NCBI GenBank assembly: GCA_963781885.1 | Contig: CAWAHW010000002.1 | Location: forward strand, 96,001 to 160,000 | Direction of reading: 5' to 3' | DNA: 64,000 nt | From: an uncultured Spirochaetota bacterium | GTDB taxonomy: Bacteria; Spirochaetota; Spirochaetia; SZUA-6; Fen-1364 | Part shown: positions 61,295-64,000 of the stretch, piece by piece | Position numbering within the stretch: the stretch's first letter is position 1 | Layout: each line of letters opens with the position of its first letter | Program-made: the position numbers and the translations under genes | The notes under the pieces: generated by a model | What the model was told of the DNA's origin: nothing | The model's database searches: none | The model's input: only the letters and a program-made list of their open reading frames with translations

Positions 61295-62374
61295 TCACCG
61301 GTTGCAGCCGCATGAGGCGCGGATCTTGAGCTCAGGTGAGGATCTATGGGTCTCGTTCGCGAAAACGCCGTGAGCGGTCATGTCGAGCGCAATGGCTCCC
61401 ACGATCTCCCCCAGGTGCCGCGCGCCGGGATCCAACGATGTCATGCCCATCCCAAGGGCGAGGCCGGAGTTTCCATAGCCGATCACCGAGCAGTCCCGTC
61501 CGGGTGCGAGCCCGGTCGAGGTCAGTCCGTGGAGTGCCCCTGCCGCCGTCTCATCCGAGGCACAGAGGAATGCCCGGCATTCAGGCGACCGGGAGAGCAT
61601 CTGACGACAAGCGTCCTTTGCGGCGTCCACACCGGGCGCTATGGTTCGCATGAGCGCTGGCTCAACTGACAGCCCGGCCGCGGCCATCTCCTCCTCGTAG
61701 CCCTTTCGAAGCTGATCCACGGTAAAGCTCGTCTCTGCGGCAAGGAAGGCGATCGATCTGTGCCCGAGATCCTGGAGGTAGCGCACGGCATCACGTGCAC
61801 CTTTCACGTCGTCCACGATGACTTGGGGGGCGCGTGCCGGCTCCCGCAGGCCGCGTACGACGATGGTGTTCCGCAACTCTTCTCCCACCTGCACTATCGA
61901 CCTGGCCGATCCAGCAGGCTCGAGGATGACCAGCGACCCGGATTCGACGGCCTGGCCGTACAGAGCCGCTTCCAGGAGGACATCATTGTGATGGAGTGAG
62001 ACGCGCAGCGGCATGTCCAGGCTGCGGAGCTGCTCCTCCAATGACTCGAGGATCGCCGCATTCGTCTCATCCATGTGCGCGCAGAGCAGCTGCGCAAACG
62101 GGAAATGTGCCGCCCTCCGCGAAGCGACGGACCTGTCGCGCGAGTAGATGACGAGCGTGCCCTTGCCGCTGTAGCGCTCGATATAGCCCTCGAGCACGAG
62201 CTTCGCCAGCGCGTTCCTGACCGTGAGATGCGTGGTCGCGAACCTGTCCTTCAGCGCGCGCTCGGGCGGGAACCAGTCCCCCTTGCGATACTTGCCGGAC
62301 CTTATTTCCTCCCTGAGCTCCAGGTAGATTTTCTCGTAGAGGTACTGGCTGGTTCCCGCGGGTTCCTGCGACAT
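61295..62374 (-). CDS. GntR wHTH plus LacI-type effector domain regulator (AraR-like)
   Basis: PPERAL..RFATTHLTVRNAL..L..EG...GKGT; YLQDLGHRSIAF, CASDETAAG and DCSVIGY. Confidence 0.85.
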   Translation of the reverse strand: MSQEPAGTSQYLYEKIYLELREEIRSGKYRKGDWFPPERALKDRFATTHLTVRNALAKLVLEGYIERYSGKGTLVIYSRDRSVASRRAAHFPFAQLLCAHMDETNAAILESLEEQLRSLDMPLRVSLHHNDVLLEAALYGQAVESGSLVILEPAGSARSIVQVGEELRNTIVVRGLREPARAPQVIVDDVKGARDAVRYLQDLGHRSIAFLAAETSFTVDQLRKGYEEEMAAAGLSVEPALMRTIAPGVDAAKDACRQMLSRSPECRAFLCASDETAAGALHGLTSTGLAPGRDCSVIGYGNSGLALGMGMTSLDPGARHLGEIVGAIALDMTAHGVFANETHRSSPELKIRASCGCNR

Positions 62375-62468
62375 ATGGCTGCCGGTGGATCTTACTGTAA
62401 GATGCGCGGTTTTCGATCTCAAGGTTCGTCCTTCGCCGCGCATCATATGGCATATTTTCGTTGAATGC

Positions 62469-62551
62469 TATATAGCGCTTACGAAGTCAAAATATCCATA
62501 TTAAAAAAAGTCTTGACAGGTAGGATGTTATGCTATATATAGCGCTATATA
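62469..62551 (+). promoter_or_regulatory. Promoter with operator palindrome for the divergent regulator/SDR operon
   Basis: TTGACA (62513)-N17-TATATA. Perfect palindrome TATATAGCGCTATATA at 62536-62551 and a partial copy TATATAGCGCT at 62469-62479. Confidence 0.65.
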
Positions 62552-62575
62552 CAGTGATTGCGGAGGGAGCCAACT

Positions 62576-63340
62576 ATGGATCTGGGCTTGAAGGGCAAGA
62601 CCGCCCTCGTGACGGGCGGGGGAACGGGGATTGGGGCGGGGATCTGTGAAGCGCTGGCGCAGGAAGGCGTGAACGTCGGGGTCAACTGGATCGTCGGTAA
62701 GGACGACGTCACCGCTTTTGCCGCCCGCTTGAGCCGAACCTACGAAACGGACTGCCGCCCCTTCTATGCAGACGTCTCCAAGCCGGATGACCTGGACGCG
62801 ATGGTGCGGGAGCTGATCGCGGCGTACGGTCGCATCGACATCCTGGTGAACAACGCGGGCATCTGGCCCACGGAGGACATCCTCGACATGCCGGACCGCA
62901 ACTGGGACAAGGTCATCGGCATCAATCTCAACGGGCCGTTCATGCTCTGCAAGAGGGTCGCGCAGCACATGGTGGCGGCCGGCATCAAGGGGAGCATCGT
63001 CAACCTGTCCTCCAAGTCGGGCATCACGTACAACACGGGCGGTCACGCGCACTACGCGTCGGCCAAGGCCGCGATCATCATGCTCACGAAGTCCCTCCAG
63101 CGGGAGCTCGCGCAGCATGGCATCCGCGCCAACGCGATCGCCCCCGGCATGGTGCGCACGCCCATCAACGAGGACAAATGGACCGACCCCGAGCTGAAAA
63201 AGGCGTACGAGGCGCGCATCCCGTCGGGGCGTTTCGCGCTCCCCGTGGAGATCGGCTACGCGGTTGCGTTCCTGGTGTCGGAGAAATCGTTCAACATCAT
63301 GGGAACCTGTCTCGACGTCACCGGCGGAATGCTGATATAG
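62576..63340 (+). CDS. Short-chain dehydrogenase/reductase
   Basis: TGGGTGIG, NNAG, YASAK and NAIAPG. Confidence 0.92.
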   Translation: MDLGLKGKTALVTGGGTGIGAGICEALAQEGVNVGVNWIVGKDDVTAFAARLSRTYETDCRPFYADVSKPDDLDAMVRELIAAYGRIDILVNNAGIWPTEDILDMPDRNWDKVIGINLNGPFMLCKRVAQHMVAAGIKGSIVNLSSKSGITYNTGGHAHYASAKAAIIMLTKSLQRELAQHGIRANAIAPGMVRTPINEDKWTDPELKKAYEARIPSGRFALPVEIGYAVAFLVSEKSFNIMGTCLDVTGGMLI

Positions 63341-63350
63341 GAGGAAGGAA

Positions 63351-64000
63351 ATGAGCGTGAACCTTTCGGGAAAGACCTGCGTCGTCACCGGCTCGGCAAA
63401 GAGCATTGGACTGGGTGTGGCGGAGATGTATTGCAGCCTGGGGGCAAAAGTGGCCATGATCGATATCAACCCCGACGTCCTGAAGGAAGCCGAGCGGCTG
63501 TCGAAGGCGGGGAACGCGGTCCGGGGCTACATCCTGGACATCACCGATAAGAAGGCGGTGGGGGAATGCTTCCAGGATATCGCAAAGAAGCTGGGCGACG
63601 TCTTCGCGCTCGCAAATATTGCGGGGGCCGTCGACCAGCAGCCGTTCGAGGAGATTACGCCCGAGCGGCTCGACAAGATGAACAGGATCAATATCAATGG
63701 AACGATCTGGTGCGCGCAGGGCGCGCTCATGACAATGAAGAAGCTCAAGGACGGACGGATCATCAACTTCGCCTCGAAGTCGGGCAAGACGGGCTCCGCC
63801 ATCATGGCCGCCTACTCGGGGGCAAAGGGCGCGATCATCTCGATCACGCACGCCATGGCCTTCGAGCTCGCGAAGGAAAACATCAAGGTGAACTGCCTCT
63901 GCCCCGGCATCGTCGAGAAGACGGGAGTCTGGGGCGCGGTGAGCAAGGGCTACGTGGAGAACCTCAAGATGGAGGAGGAGGCCGTGGTGAAGCAGTTCAC
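63351..64000 (+). CDS. Short-chain dehydrogenase/reductase, sugar/polyol dehydrogenase-like (3' end outside window; absent from the ORF track)
   Basis: Read directly: MSVNLSGKTCVVTGSAKSIG...ASKSGKTG...YSGAK...VNCLCPG. GAGG RBS. Confidence 0.88.
   Translation, partial: MSVNLSGKTCVVTGSAKSIGLGVAEMYCSLGAKVAMIDINPDVLKEAERLSKAGNAVRGYILDITDKKAVGECFQDIAKKLGDVFALANIAGAVDQQPFEEITPERLDKMNRININGTIWCAQGALMTMKKLKDGRIINFASKSGKTGSAIMAAYSGAKGAIISITHAMAFELAKENIKVNCLCPGIVEKTGVWGAVSKGYVENLKMEEEAVVKQF

Overview
High-GC bacterial chromosome window. Gene content suggests an anaerobic environmental bacterium, possibly a free-living spirochaete, but this is inference only. Single-base frameshifts interrupt about 13 otherwise intact genes and are most simply explained as long-read assembly indels. 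In order, the window holds: clpA/aat; a tandem cNMP-GGDEF pair, the second fused to a DHH/DHHA1 phosphoesterase; a PocR-AraC regulator with a corrinoid protein and a UroD/MtaA-family gene, followed by an HTH-PTS IIA gene and a six-gene hydrogenase-4-like complex without Ni ligands (Ehr type); PadR-MFS; two PLP enzymes; a lower-GC defence islet (type IIG-like R-M, PIN plus Xre-ImmA); two YtrA-type GntR/ABC-2 modules; ygfK-ssnA; an acyl-CoA synthetase; a HEPN-MNT pair; and a TetR with a cysteate synthase/acyltransferase/SDR trio resembling capnine (sulfonolipid) capABC. The most striking locus is 45993-54544. A histidine kinase with no transmembrane segment has a degenerate sugar-ABC ATPase domain as its input domain. 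It lies beside a sigma-54 activator and is divergent from a binding protein and permease that have no ATPase gene. Next come a correctly spaced sigma-54 promoter and a second, complete sugar ABC importer. This suggests an ABC importer rebuilt as a signal receptor. No rRNA, tRNA, CRISPR array or integrase/transposase was recognised.
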